Shown here in pieces: positions 1 through 15,900 of a DNA stretch of 64,000 bases. The DNA is from Tubulanus polymorphus. Taxonomy: Eukaryota > Animalia > Nemertea. A program made the position numbers and the translations under genes. The DNA lies in assembly GCF_964204645.1 (NCBI RefSeq), contig NC_134029.1, positions 6,386,001 through 6,450,000 on the forward strand. Direction: 5' to 3'. The notes under the pieces are model-generated. The model had not been told where the DNA came from. It did no database searches and saw only the letters and a program-made list of their open reading frames with translations. The first letter of the stretch is position 1. Every line of letters begins with the position of its first letter.

Positions 1-1002
1 GTCATCTGTCTTAACCGTCGGAATTCCAGGTGATTCTGTAATTCTTGTGAATTCTTCACGGGTATAACGAATAAAGATTAATACTTTTTGTTCTCATAAA
101 AATCGGTTTTGTCACGGCCTGTTAGACCTGTTTGCTGTTAAATCGTAAAGTACTATATAGGCATACTACTATAAGAAATCATGTATTCGGATGTAGAAAA
201 GTATATTAGCACCAAATCCGCATGGCTTATATTGTGAAAAGTCGATATTTCTGACAACTTCAATATTTCTTTCCTGATCTTCTTTTATCACTTCGACATT
301 GATCGCTTTTAGCCGATCGACTCATCGTCGGTACGCACAGTTAGAAGATGGGTTCTTTCCACGTTTTGTTGGCTTCATCCATCTTTGAACAATTGGACGA
401 GAGAGATATCGAGATGGTGATACGGAGGGGAGAGCATGCTAATCAATGCCACGTCCGAGGCCTTATCAATAACCAACGTAGCGCGAAATCGCGATGCTAT
501 ATCGACTGTCAATATTGGCAGACGATACAAACGATCGCTTATCATAAAACCGGTGTAATTAAAACGTGCTCACCTTCTCCCTCGTGTCAACGTCTGTACA
601 CGATGATACGACCCGACGCTAACGACAAAATCGTTCATGTTAATCGACAACGTGCAGCCAAAGACGCTGTGCTGCTTTTGGGTATTTCAGTGCGCTCAAC
701 CCGACTTTTTGCTGAAACTTCCCGGACAGTGTGCCTCCCTTTTGTTCTAACATTTGTTCGTTTCTTTTTACATAAGATCTGCAAATTTTTTTAAGGCCCG
801 TATGTTTGCATGCGCGCGCACTTATACGCGTAATACGTCTAATGAAGGATTTTCAAGTTTCGAACATGGCCCGAGGTCTATGGATAACGACATACCCGAC
901 TTCCAACGTATTAAGCTTTAAGAAGATTGCTAGATTTATCAATGTATATCACCGTACGTGAATATGTCGCAATTAGACCGCATTTTCAGCAGCATTAAGT
1001 GA

Positions 1003-1141
<139 letters not shown>

Positions 1142-4100
1142 CGGATTACTTTCGCTTGCAGGTATCCATACCAGGGTGTGGTGTGTGAACATATCATTGA
1201 ACGACGCGCGTCTATAGAGAAAAACATGGTATATCTTAAAGCTTGGTAAATCTTAAAAACTAACTGTTATATATCGTAACAAAACAAAAAAATGTTTTGG
1301 TTATGTTGATAATTGTATAAAAGGTCAGCGATACCAAATATTATATAGTGAGTAATTCTCTATTTTGAGGACATTTTGCCGAAAGCTAGCCTATATTTCA
1401 TTGGTCGGATTATTGGTTTTCATGATTGATGCAGTTCCGCCGAGCCTGCTGCAACAGTCCGAGCAACCTAACTGAATCATGACCAAACGTTTGTCATGTA
1501 TTCTAAAAAATCATGGATTTTAAATTCGTATAAAATGATATATAGAAATCTGTTTCATATTAAAGTTAATATTAAACAAGTGTTTAAAGTTAACAATGAA
1601 TACAGGAGGAGATACATAACGGATACAAGCGTCAATTAATCATAGATTTGATCTGAAGTATGTTGGAGTATCTCTTCATTAATACTCAGTGGCGTTCCAT
1701 CGTGCCGCACATCCGTCAAATTGAACATTTCTTCCGTATACTTTGTTGTTCAACACGCGCATTTACATGACTAAAACGAAATTCGATTCGACGAACATTT
1801 TTTTTGATCGATTTGAGCGAGTCTTTAGAAGGAGAATGTGATGGCGGTGGCGCCGGTGGTGGTCGTATTATTCGCTCTATTGTCGGATTCCGATCCATCG
1901 TGCTGAAGGTAACAACAACAACAACTACGATTTATTGGTAATTCTCAGTGTTGTGGCCTCAGATACGGTTCTGTCTAAACGGCGCGATCGCACTCGGCTG
2001 TCAACTGTCAGAGACGAGTGTATGGTTCCATCAAGGCACTGCAGTGCCGTTACTGTAAATACGACAATGACGAAATTTCTTAACATATCTTATAGAAAAC
2101 GGAAGAATGGATATTTTACATTTGTTTCGGATCGTCTCCCGTCTTCTTTTTGGATAACATCACAAGTTAGCAGCTATGTCTTGTTTCGATAGTGTTCGGC
2201 AGTTTTCATCAGGTTTAAGATACAGCGTACAAATCTGAACGGTGGAATATCTTATACTGAACATTTGTTGATTCGACACCCACCGGCTTGGCGCTGTCTC
2301 GTGTTCTTATTCTCTCTCTCACTCTCTCTCTCTATCCCAGTTTCAAGTAATGACTGGAGCCGGCATGAAATATTGAACGTTGTTGAAGATTAGAAGAAAA
2401 ACGTTTCGTGAGCGAGAGATATCCTCTGAAATATCGTGTTCGGAAATTCGGGATGAATTATTCAGTTTATCCAGGACCCGGCGTTCCTAAACAGACGATA
2501 TACGTGAACCGACGACCGCCGTCGGTTTCGTATTTCTTGTAATAGCGTTCAGCTGAACACGCGTTGGATTTTTATCGGACATCTCGTTGTTTTTTCTTCG
2601 TTGTGTCGGACACGCACGTATAGCCGACACAAGCTGCTGGAACTCAACGTTAACAATACTAAAATGATGCTAGACGATAAAGCCTTATGTGTCGGCAATT
2701 AAAATAACACGCGAATACAGGAATTATATAGTTTGAGCTTCGGAGTGATTCGGTCTACTTGCTCTAGAAGTAGCTATGACAACAGATACCTGAAAAAAGT
2801 GATGACAACTTAGTTGCCGAGCCCAACGTGATTTGAGTTGAAATGATTCGTCGATATCGATAGTAACCCTGAGAAGCAACGAGGCTTTAAATTCGAGACT
2901 CTACTTTATACTGTGTATAATTTTTCTCAAGATTGTTATAAATTCAATTTTAGACATCGCGAAAAGACAAAGAGACATGAAGCGGAAATGAGTACAGAAA
3001 GTAACGTTGCATTAACGTTCTAAATTGAACGTGCATCTAATGGATTGACATATATCCAGGATGCGTATGCTCCGAGGCGTGACTCCATCGCAGAAAGAGC
3101 CTTTGTAAAATCGAAAAACTAATCAAAAGCTCTCCTCACTTCGCAAAATTGAGTTTATCGCAAGGAAGTCAAGAGATTCGCGCCCGTAACATGCTTCTTC
3201 TATGCGGTTGCCGAAAAGTCTTCGTAGTTTAAAGGATGCCTTCATGCAACAACATTGTGCCATTCTTGCAAAAGCGATGATCTTACGCTTGTCGACGTTT
3301 GGCGGAGCGTTGAGAATGTTTTCTGAACGGAGTTGAAAATCTTAGGAACATGACAGTAACGATGTCTGTTTTCATGACGACATACGACCGACCTGCACCA
3401 ACAGGTGGTTCGGTACCCATGTCTCGGATTCTACAAGTGCTCCGGTAAGTGAAATCACGACGCTTCTTTTAATGTCAGCAATTCTGTCTTTTGCTCCATT
3501 TAAGTTGGTCAGTTGTTGTTTCGAAAAAAAATCCCACCATGTCGATATTGAGAACTAACTGTACAGTACCATTTTAGAATTTGTATTAGGACTCGTAGAC
3601 GGGTCATATACACAGCTGGAATGGATGGTGGCATTGAAGGCCTTCGAGTTATGGCGACAGGCTAAGGTTCAGGAAGGCAAATCTGATCTTCTATACAGAC
3701 CTTTCGGTCGTTATTATATCACTAGCAAGATGTTATGGAAAATGTTTTCCATTTCCATATAATAAACGTATGCGTAATGCATCGAAAGAATATTCTGTAG
3801 CTGTACGTAAGCCAGAATTAATCTCCTGTCTTGGCAATAGTTACATCGTTATCCTTTATTGAGTTAATTTCAGCGTAACATAATCGATAATGAAGTCACG
3901 CTATATAAAACCACGGTAAAAACACTCAAATGATTGAGTTACGGGTTGGCTTTGATATTATAAACCTGGTAGTCTACAAATTGCACATGGGAATGGCACT
4001 TAACCATATACCCTTATCCTCCGTTTTCATATATTATATACATGTACCGTATCGGATGTTTTTTAAGTACTGAAAAGAAACTGTCGTTGTTTAAGGAAAC

Positions 4101-7100
4101 GATTACCGGTATTTCGCTTCGGTGCAACCGATCCTAGATGCAAGATAAAATACGCAATTCAGAGTCGGAGAACATTGACTCGCGCTGGTTTGTTCGATAG
4201 CAAAAACCGACGTTTTTGAAGTCCTTTGTTTACTTCATATTACCTCACGTATTGCACACGCGTGTAGTTTTGAATTTCAAGTTTGATATATTTGGAGCTT
4301 TTACAAACTGTTCGAGAAAAGCCTCTTACCTTTAGTTACAACACATCTCATTTAAAATCTTTATTTCGTTGATCCTGGGCATCGAGATGAACCGGGAGTT
4401 GCATCGAGGGGCTTATGCCAAAAAGAGATTCTTTAAACAGGATTGAATGCAAAAACGAATGCATTTATTGGCGCTTAGCAATTTCACGAGACGGGCGTTT
4501 AAAAAGGAAGCAGCAAAATCATATTCCGCGATGGAGTATTCTTCAGAGTCGCGCTAATTTAAATGCAGAAATCAATTGATCAATGGTGTATCAAATTATC
4601 GACGGTGAAAGTAGGCGGGCCATTGATGAATGTTACTCGTCACTCCATCGCATCAGCCGACAGTCGATCGACTTATACCGCGTAATAACTACCCCCGTAC
4701 ATTTCTACTGCGTAATATATCAAACACACAATGAACGACAGATTTAATAGTTTTTTGGCTTAAAGAAAACAGCCTCCGCTCCGTATTGTCGATACATATG
4801 AAGCAACGATTATATTGTCGCCGTAATATGAAGAAAAGCTTTTATTGCGCCTCGCGTGTGCTGCGCCAAAGGGGATGAAATTATTACGGAAAAACAGAAA
4901 AAGAAACTCGCTGATCATTCTCAGAGCTTATACCGAGGATTGCAACACAAAGCTTAATGTCACAAAACACAGTTTATCTGAGCTTTTTTCTTTGATGCGT
5001 TTAGTTTTACTAAGGTTGAAATGCATGATCTCGATGTCCACAGCAGCAGGGCAGTCTGCATGTCCGATGTGTTGTACCAGGACGATAGATCTAGCTTTCA
5101 AGTTTTCACAAAAAGCTACCTATGTTTTGATATTCTTTTTTTATTTGTCGCTGGTGCGTTTCATTTTAGTTAAGGTTGAATTCTCTGCATCGTCGGCATA
5201 TCCGTAGCGGTGGTCGGTCCATGTCGTGTCGCGTTGTTCGGGCATGATAGATCTAGTTTGAAAAAGTAAGCACGTCCAGATTACAATACGCATTGTGGGT
5301 GCATTCAGCGTGAATGATGATAAATGACATCAGTAACAACTCGCTTTTTCCCCATTCACGAGATACTCACGGCTCTAATCTGCAGTGTCACACGCGTTTA
5401 TGAAACGAACTAAACTTTAATTCGGGCCTTTCTACCGCAGGTTTACAATCGTTAACGACGAACCGCACAACCATAATTTGCATACGACGGATATTCAGAT
5501 GACAGCGTAATTGAACCGCGTGTTAAATTGGTCAATTACATCAATCCGAACCGACCGAGCAATCTATCCACATTCATGTATCTAATATTACTTCAATATG
5601 TTATATCTATTGATTTCTCTCGATATACTAAAAAGCACATATATATATCTCCAAATTATATTAACCTTTTATAAACCTATGACGAAAGTAAATGAACCAC
5701 AAGATCACGGTGGATGAATGGTGGATTCACGACATATATGCAAATTTGAAACAGAATCAAAAAACAGATTTGATATGGATAAAGATGGCGGATGAATGCC
5801 ACAGTTAGGAAGGGGCTACGGACTACGATTCGGACAAATCAATTCAATAAGGATTTATTGCCTCCACGTAACGGGATGTAATGGCGGGCAACGCCGAAAA
5901 AAATTATGACCCCTCTAATCCGTATAAGATATAATTGAAGTTAAGTATTACCGTTGGTTGGTTGTGTTGCAGTGAAATCATGTGCACCGCCGAGTGTGGT
6001 CACAGATATACCTGGCCGAAAGGTTATTGGTTAAAGTTAATGAAATTTATTCCGCAGAGCTCATCAGACAAACTAGTACGAATCAAGTCTATTTGATGAA
6101 ATTTGCGGACTCGGTCTGTGACAAATCAAACAATTTTCTTCTCTACTACGCCAATTGAAACATTAAATGAATTTAGAGATGTCGATTGATTGAGTTTAAA
6201 GCAATTTGTATGTGCTTAAACCAAAGGCAAGTTAGTATCGAGGATGGAACACCAGAATTTTAGGTGACGGATAACACAAGATCTGTATAAGAGAAATCTT
6301 TTATATTATGCGTTTTAATGTTGAGTTGTCACCGGTGCGTATTCCGACGTTTAGATTGTTAAGAATAGCGTCAAGCCTTTGAAAGAGGCCTTGGAGCATT
6401 TGAACGAAGACCCTTGGCATCAGACTATTAACGACTTCGAAGAAATTTTCAGTCAATTTAGTTCTGTCAGTTACAATTACCTCCAGTGGTAATAACGGAG
6501 TTGTCATAGCAAAACATAATCTCTGGTTTCATCACGATGACCTACATCTTGAGCTCCATGCGCGATATATGTATTTATGTAATAACGTGTCTATGTAGAC
6601 ACCCTTATAGGTACATTTTTTCAAATCAGAAAAGAAAAAATATCTGTAAAGTATAACTTACAGTAGATGATACGGTATTTCGATAGCGCGGTGAAAGATT
6701 TGGTCTTTATGAATAATACATGAACGTAAGATATGAAGTACCCTTAATAAAATGTAATATCCCCACACTATAATAGGTGGTTGGTGTACGGTCTTTAAGG
6801 GCTGGAATGCGGATATTGAAATAAGAAACCAGATATTTCTCAGGTGACGACACGTTTCACATATTAAACAAACCAAGGGCTTCGGAGAGAAAAACGCAAA
6901 TACATATAGATGAAAATTTTGAAAAACTGTTTACAGACTTCTTTTTGGTTAGAAAAGTTAAATCCATACTGTCGCGTTATCCTACCTTTTTTTGCTTGCA
7001 ACGCTTAGATTGCTTTTTCTGTTCTGGGTAGGAAATACGACTATTTTGGATCGGTATCGTTAAGACTCACGAGCGAATTTGTTTGGAAAAATCATACGAA

Positions 7101-10100
7101 GAAAAATTGCTTCAAATATTTCCTGTTATCTGCGTCTTCTTTTAGACATCTACATCACCGGATGAACCCTTATGTCGCGTAGGAAGAGTAGCTACTTCCG
7201 GTATATTGGACTTCGTGAATCGCTAACTACGCTGTCGCAAGAAATCGCTCTTGATAATGTCCCTGATTGCAAATAATAAGATAAATACGTTTCCCCTTAA
7301 GTCTGGACGATGCTATAACCGGACAATTCCGTGGAGGCAATTCGATATGTCTAGAAGCACCCGTATCTGCTGTCATAAAGAAAATGATAGAAAATATAAG
7401 GCATACACTATGACAGCAAGCCTATGAATAATAATATTACTTTTTTCGTATATACATATATCATGGATACGACACAAATATGAACAAAATACGTAACTGA
7501 TCAATAAGACAGATAGAAGAACTTTTAAGTAGTTTTGATCTTGAACGTTGAAAAAAAATTGTTGTTATTGCACAGAAAGTAATGAAACATCTTGTTTTGA
7601 AATTAGAATAATTGAAAGGTAGAGCCAGATGGGTCTCCCATCTTCCTGTTCCCTGGTAGACCTAATCAGTTGACAGCAGAAAGAAGACTTTCTTGTTCTC
7701 ATCTCGGTAATGTTACGGTTATGCCCTGTGCGTCTAATCTTCATGTGTGGCAATTAGAGTATTGTGGCCTGGCCATGTCAAACATTATGGGGAGCTGTTT
7801 GGAAAACACCGTTATTGAACATCATCCGAACGGATTATATGGCTATCGTGTATAGTTTATGACAACATACACATTAGGTACTTGATGAATGTCATCTAAA
7901 AGTCAAGGTCGTCTGAGCTCGGTATGGGGACAGTATGCAAACGATATAGGAATTAAAGACCACGGTAAACTGTGTACATCGTTAACAAGATGGCGATAAT
8001 TGAGGATTGTGAAGGTGGTTTCAGCTCAAGTAGAAAGTGCCGTCTCGCCTTTAATTACCTAGACATAACCTAATCATCTCAACATCTGATCTCTCAGCCC
8101 AGTTTGAATATCTGCCATCAGTGAACATTCTGCTACTTACTGTTCTTTATACCAAAATCAGCTCAATTGTCAATCTTACTATTCTGAATTAATTCTAGTA
8201 CTAATTATAGATTCTTGGAATATATGTGAATATTTTGTGAGTCATCAAAAAAAAGAAAATTCCCTGTTGCTATATATTGAATTCATCAGCGATACTGTTG
8301 AGCGCGGATACCCTCCGCTCAGAACGCGAGATGATATCAATCCATTGTTAATAGCACCCACCTGAGAGACGTATAGAAAATGTCATTATGTGGTCAGCAA
8401 ATCGATTAACTGGCCACCGTTCAGCCATTTCGGCCATAATTTGGCCAATTGCAGCCATTTGACCTTTTTATAGATTAATTCTGGACCATTTATTCATCGA
8501 GACGTGAAATAGGATGCTGTCGTAAAATGAGATACGTGTAAAGCATATATAAGTAAATTGTCCTGGGCCACGTGTATCGTATCGGCAAACACCCTAGTTA
8601 AAACGTAAAGCAGAAATGAAACGTGGCTGTTGCGTGATGAACGCGTAATTGTGCGCCGGCATCGAGGGATTCGATATGTTCGAAGCGAAAGGTAACGACA
8701 GAAGAAATTCTTTCTTGCTTGTTCATAGCTAAAGAGCAAACGAACATAGCGTGGTTGCTATCTAAATTACACCTCGCTAAATCAACACATTAAAGCCTCA
8801 TGACGCCACGAAGTTTGTCATTTCTGCATGACGTCATAGCTCCCAAGCCGACAGTTCCCAAACAACCAGCAAATTTGATGCCGACGATTAGCCAATAACG
8901 AAGTCCATAACGAATTACATTTTGGTCCATGTTTGGTGATCCAGAGTAACCTAAAGATGCCATAAACTGCCGCAAATTTCGACACGAATATTTTCTGATA
9001 CGTTTTCCCTACAGTTTTATCGTCGACGGTTGCAAAATAAGCGATCGATTCGAACGATTTTTAGTAGTCAACCGTCGCAAGCAGTGGCATTGCGCCAAAT
9101 CGTAATCGCTTTCAAACCACATCTTCTAATGAAGAAAGTGTACAGTGCCATTTTTGACATTTTTGTCGACTTTCGTCGGTTCGACTAAAATCACCATGCG
9201 TTCAATTACGGGATGGAAACACGGTAAACCGGGGAACGAATCCGGATACATTCGTTACGCAGAAACTAATTAGATGACTTGAAGATCCGAGTGGTCCATC
9301 GAAACCAATTAAGCGACTTCCTGCTGAAGAGAAACAGTCTATAACGTAGATATATCCCTAGCCTAATAGAAGGTTACAGGATGAGAGCCTGTAGGAGAGA
9401 CGTTAATCAGCTACGTGTAGGTTAAAGAACATTGCGCTGAAGAAAAGAAAGACCGGGCTTCCAAGAGGTTTAATTTCTATTTTTAGTTGCTTTTTAAAGA
9501 AATGGGGACTTCGTTCATTCATTATAAGGCCTACATATATGGCAAACGCGCGTGTCATATCTCAGCCGTCTTCATTCCAGACGATGAAGATAGTAAACAA
9601 CGACGTGACTTCGATACGACTGTTAGAGAGGAGTACAAAACTGCGGCTTGCAACTGAATAATTCATCGGAGCCGCTCTGATTGAATATTAAACACCCCGA
9701 TCACAGTGCCCATATTTTATTATTTCACGGCGAACATGAAAGCGGAATTTACCTTTCATCCGTGTTCCGTGCCGATCTAGCGATATGGCCCACGGGACGT
9801 ACGAAGTGCTGCTTTGTTTCGCACCGCTGTCGTATATGTCATGTTGTTTTATGGTGAATTTATTAGTTATGATAGGTGTTGTAATGATTTGATAAACACT
9901 CGCCGTTTTATAGATATTCATGTTTTATTTCTATCGGTGTTTATTGAAGGGGATTCTGGTGCAGAACGTTGACTTATTTAGTCTTGTGTACAAAGAAATT
10001 CATATGTTCACTGAGTTATCGACGATAGCGACTTTATTTCAAACGCAAGATCAACGATAATGAATTCTATATAGTTATACATACTGATGTATTTCCCCAA

Positions 10101-10409
10101 TACATCCGACAGTGGATTGTCAATTTGAAATTTCTTAACACGGTCTCGCTTCATCGTTTTATCTCATTGATAATGCCGACTTTTTGATTAAAATTGGCAA
10201 CGAATACTAGCAGTTTAATCTTTAGCCTTCGCCGTTCACAGTCTCGTTAAGAAATTAACTGCAGAAGGGGCGACTCTCACGGGAGCCCGCGTGTCTAGAT
10301 GAGAGGATCAGTATCGACTAGGATATGAATTATTGAACGACTCGATGTACAAGTATCCCCTAAAGACATCGAAGAAACTGATGACATCACTACTTGTAAC
10401 GCTATATGG

Positions 10410-10442
10410 ATCTAGCAGATAGATAATATCTATCTGCTAGAT
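10410..10442. repeat. Perfect 33-bp palindrome (16-bp arms, 1-nt spacer)
   Basis: atctagcagatagata-a-tatctatctgctagat; the arms are exact reverse complements. Confidence 0.9.
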
Positions 10443-11398
10443 GACGTCACCGTCTGCGCCAAACTTTTCGTTCCGTATTCCCCAGCTGCGGTCTATGGCC
10501 GGGCGACCAATAATCAGCTAAACGGACCTTCTCGTCGTATCGTCGTCGATCTAGTGGCTACATTCGTGACAAACAGCAGGACTTTCTTAAGAACTTAAGA
10601 ACTAGAATTCAATTCAATTCACGCAAAAAGCAATACACTTGAACATCGGACTGCACAATTTCCGTTGACATATAGGTGGTTAACAGCGCAGAAGCATTAA
10701 CCGATGTCTGTGTGAATTTGGTTTTGTCCATCAATCATTTTTATCAATAGACTATGGGATATATAGTATATGTACATCGCAGATTCTGGACAAGGATCAT
10801 ACACATTGTCCCAGTAATCACTTTGAAGAGGTACTTCACTCCCATGTAAGTTTCATATGGGGTGGTGATATAAGAAATATATGATGAGCTCGCCCTGATC
10901 TACAATCGCCTTACCGTTATCCGAAAGGAATTCTGTATTTTGCTATTTCTTAATGGAGAAAGTAGTTTGTTCGGACAATTGCAATATACAAGGTATCAAC
11001 GCGCCCACGTATTTGTTATTTGTCGCGTATATAGGGACGGCTACTCGGTCAACGAGCTTCTGACGTTTGTTCTTTGAGATTGAGTTGTAATTAGCATCTA
11101 ACGATGATGAATGTCCTGATATGAATTCTGTTGGCACTGGTGGTCACTGCTTGATATAAGCTAACGCTGACCAGCATGCCATAGCTGCATTAATCACGGT
11201 TTGCTGAGTTTTGTTCGTAAAGAATTATGGTTAATTAGAATAATGGATTATGTTGACATTTCCCCGATCTCTACCGCGTCCAGGTTTCTTTCTTCCTTTT
11301 TAACAATCTTTCCGGATATCTGACCAACAAGTCGCAGAACAGGTTCGAAATGGAAATGTTTCTAAGGATATATAGAATATACATCATTAATAGCATAT

Positions 11399-11520
11399 AG
11401 CCGCGATAACACGAGCTTGTTTAACTAAACAAATATTAGTTAGGCACGGGCCAAATTTGACAGGGGCATGATCCGTGCCAATTTAGCCTCGACCAAATCG
11501 TCCCTGTGTGATCGCGGCTT
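11399..11520. mobile_element. Short MITE-like element (possibly PIF/Harbinger-type)
   Basis: Terminal inverted repeats agccgcgataacac / gtgtgatcgcggct, TA-rich flanks, internal gcacgg/ccgtgcc repeats. Confidence 0.55.
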
Positions 11521-12707
11521 ATATATATACCTTTCATTAGTCTGCAGCGCACGAGGTCCTTTAACCCTACTCTTGGAGAGTATAATCTTTTAATTGAACC
11601 GGAATAGCCTGCTTTGCCTATGCGCGGAGAGCATTCATTCTCCAGCCTAATCCCCTTTTAAGAGAGCCTTGCGTCGCTAGTTCTGGATATATAGTTGCCG
11701 AAATCCCAGCTGCATCTGTATCCGTCGCATCGCAGCCCGACGTTAGCTATATAGCCTTTACATACAGCCTGTGAGTTTCTGTGAGCCTGTGAGTCTCCAA
11801 TAATAACATGATCAGCTACTATATCTACCTCGCCTAAATGGCCTAGCTTTGTCTTTGATGCGCTGATTTACTTTGTTCATTTTGTAGTCAATAATTACCC
11901 ATCTAGATCACGCGTCACGACGTCTCGTATGCGCATTTGAAGTTACTCCAAAATGCATCCTTTAAAGCATTAGGCTTTTATTGATCATATCTATTTATAA
12001 GTTGTGAGATGTCAGTATATTATTTCAAATACACATAGCTACAATGGAAAACATGTGCGTTTGTTCTGATTATAACTCAAACAGGATTGCTAGCAATTTG
12101 AAACCTAGCGTTTCCCACAGGGTACTAACGGTAAACCGATTCCTTGTCACACGCTGCGGGCACATATCTGAAAACTATAAATCGGGATTGCTTGAAGAGT
12201 GTTACTTTGTGACGACAGGCTATTGTGAACCTGTTACTCGGTTAGTTATTTGACCCCAAATGAAAATGGTTGGTTACTGGATACCATGAAGAGAAAGTCA
12301 TATTGCGCACTTTATTCGCACATGTCACCATCGCACATTCACGAAATTGGTGTATCACCTACACACGATGTGATGTTAAGGTTATCGGATATGAATACGA
12401 TGAACATATAGTTTCCCCACATCAGGCCATTGAACGGTGTTTCGGGGACTGATTCGTGGTAGGATAACGCCTTCTGGTCTTCAATCTACAAAATAGAAGA
12501 CTATCTAATACATTCGCTGTGGTTATGATGTTCATTAATCATGCTAGTAAGCTAGACGGAATGGTTGACATGAACGAATATTATCACACGACATTTTTTT
12601 ATTAAAGAACATTGCTCCAGATGCACGCCAGGGAATAATGCAGTGAGTGATTGTTATTGCTGTTTGATAAATGGCATAAACCGTATGTATACACACCTCC
12701 ATAATTC

Positions 12708-12951
12708 CAGATCCGTAGCCAGGGAGAGCGGTCAAAGCTCTGCATGGGGCCTCACCTATAAAACCTTGAAAAATAGTCACATGAAGATGAATTCTGAGGC
12801 AATCACGTAATGTATGTGGCTTTATTTTTCAACCAAATTGCTTAAAAAGTAAAACACGTACGCAAGAGTTAGTATTTCTTTCTAACATTTGGAAGCATGT
12901 GGACCTCGAACTTCCGTGCGACACCCGTCGCACCCCTTTGCTACGTGTCCG
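12708..12951. mobile_element. Decayed MITE-like element
   Basis: Imperfect TIRs cagatccgtagccaggg / cctttgctacgtgtccg (12/17 match). Confidence 0.4.
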
Positions 12952-15900
12952 AATTCCCATTTTTGCTATTATTGTGCACATATTCGGCAAGCTTCCAGAA
13001 CATTTTGCCTACCCAACTTACGTTGTATATTTATAGTAGTTGAAAGCCGCGAAGAAATTCGGCTTTGAAGTGTAACCGGTAAGACAGTATAGATTGTCAA
13101 TAAGATGACACGAAGAGTGTGCAGCCTAGTAGACGTACGTTGAATGGCATTCAATGATTGTAGAAATCTTTTCTCGCCATCTGCTCCATTAACCACATTT
13201 TCCAATTAGTCAAATGAAATTGCTCGCTTAATATTTTAAAAGATCTACGCATCCCGCAAGCTGCGGGCTTAACGAGCACTCTATTTCAATATTATGTTAG
13301 GTTTGACGTATATGTGCTTGCGTTTGCAATTTACCATACGACCTATACTCTTTCACACCATAACATCGGTGAGTGATTCTTCAATGTCTTTGACTAGACA
13401 ACGCATATTAACGCGCGTAGCTATTCTAATTTCTCTTCGTTGCAAGAAATTATCAACGTAAAATTGATCGAGACTGATGAAAAACAGTCATCCTTAATCG
13501 AGCGTCAGCGCGAATGTAAATTGTTATCAGCGTTTTGGATTCACGCTTTGTTGTTTGACGGTGGCGAACATTAGTACCGTACAAGAGGAAACGGGAATCT
13601 GCTGCTAGTTTTATTAACGATGTGACGGAATGGCTAAAACGGCCGTTAACAACACAGCTTTAATGGCCGACTGTTGCACGAAAACTTATGAACAATTATT
13701 ATTCCACCTTGCAGTATTCATAAACAATAGCAACTGTGGTATTGAATGTTGCGTCTCAGTATTCGCTGAATATTCAACTCTTTTGTTTTTACAACATACC
13801 CTACGCACAATTATCAACCGCGTGATATTGAAATGTTCTCATCCATTGATCAACAAGAAAATTAATTATTCTGCATGTTCAATACTAGATGTTAAGAGGA
13901 GGACTATTTCCACAACGGGCAATTAATATCCGATTGATTTGTTGAAAATGTAAACCTACAGGTTTTTATGTGATGTTGACTGCGGATCCACTGCCCATAT
14001 ATCTGTCGGAAACACTGGGATAGATGATTGCTGATCACTTCCGGTAGAAGATGCCTTCGGTCAAGGTCATTTCTATTTCTTTGTCACTCGGAAAATTTGA
14101 CCGACTTTGTTCTACATCGAGAACCAAATGAAATGCTATCAAAATGCTCGGACACGAAGATAACCGCTACAGCCCATAGAAAGTAGAACGAGTCTTTGTA
14201 CAAGCTCATCCTGTTGTCTTAAATTTGCCTTTTTCTGTGGGAAAATTAAATCGATCTACTCATCATTCTTACCAATACTAGATGTATAATTAGAAGTAAG
14301 TCACGCGTGCGTGGAACCCCTTTAAGGCAAAAGCAGAACGTCTCGCCGTCTTCACAAGTGGTATATTTGCAATGGAATTATTCGTACGATTGAACTACGA
14401 ATCCTATTTGATCCACTCAATTACGCGCGAATCTTTAGTTTTCCCCTCATTAAACATGTAGAGCATAGAGTCAAAAGCAACTCTCTATCATTTTGATTCG
14501 GTGAAGACTTGTTCATAATGAACTATGTGTGCGATAATTGCCATACCACAGTCTACGGTATGTAGGTACACAATCGAAGAATGTGGTGCCTGCATCTTGC
14601 TGGTTGTTGACACTGACGAGTCTACGTTTGGCCGTGACTCGACTTCACGTCCCAGCGTTCACTAATTTTCTTCAGATAATACAAGGTACATTGTAGGACT
14701 ATGTACTACAAAACAACGAGAATCTATTTAAATCAATTTAATCTATTTTTCGAAAGAGCATCTATCTACCCGATCGTTGCTAAGACGTAACATCCAAAAT
14801 AAGAATAGAAAAAGATTGCTTCGTCTACACTTTACAGTATACATTGTATTACTGTATTGGCTCATTATATTTCAATAAAGTCGTTTAGATTAATGTTTGC
14901 CTTGTATTTAATGCGTGTTGAGATATGCGACCACCTGTGCCTGTGTCCTGAAATAATAAACATTCATTTTCTCTGAGCTAAAAGATGTCAAACACGACAA
15001 AACGCAATAGACAGGGATCAAAAATAAGGTCCTAAGCTCATTCCGCACACGTTTTTCTCCTCGCGTCCGTTAATGTGAACTGTCAGGCAGCAAATTGACG
15101 TGACAGAATAAAAAATACTGATCCATTCTCTCCATATCGACATTTTGGCCGGAACTGTTATTCGCAGTGACAATGGGTCTGTCACAATGCTGAGAATAAC
15201 GGAAAGGAAATACACGGCCGGTATGCAAATAAGATAGGAAATAATTGTAAGCAGTTGTAGTTGCCAAAATGAATTTATATATATTTGGCCCTTTGACACA
15301 TTGGCAATTAAATGATTGAAGTTAACTTATTGATTTAAAATGATCTGATGGAATTTTCACGATTGAATTGGTTCTTTTGCACATCTATATAATTGGTTAT
15401 AATTGGTTATTCGCATTACCGGGTAGTGCTGATTGGACTGGAGATTCCATCATGATCATTGGGAAATCTTGAAAACTTCGACAATATTTTATCATAAACT
15501 ATATTCGGACGCCAACCGATAGTTCGGGTGAACTCTGGCGTTATCGACCTAGCTACACACGGCAGATCTTAACGATTTCTCAAACTATACTTTGCATACA
15601 CGACCATTTCATTTGCCAATTAATCAGTACCCATAATCTCAGATACCGATCTTGCGCTGATCTGATAAATCATCAATTTCTCTTCGACATACAAGATGGT
15701 TTCATCGTCTAATGAATATGCAAAGCAATCATTGGTTGACGATGTTTGTCTCTGCCTCCAATTACTAAAGCACATGTAGCATATTAGCGGACATCCCTAT
15801 GAATACTTAAAAATGTCATGATGTTGTAATCGAAGTAACGAATGATTGAATAACCCGATAATCGGTAACAACACGCGGAAATGACGCATGACAAAGAATA

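Noticed and set aside
348-794. 148-aa + strand ORF
   Set aside because: No recognisable domain, composition typical of random sequence, no splice support.
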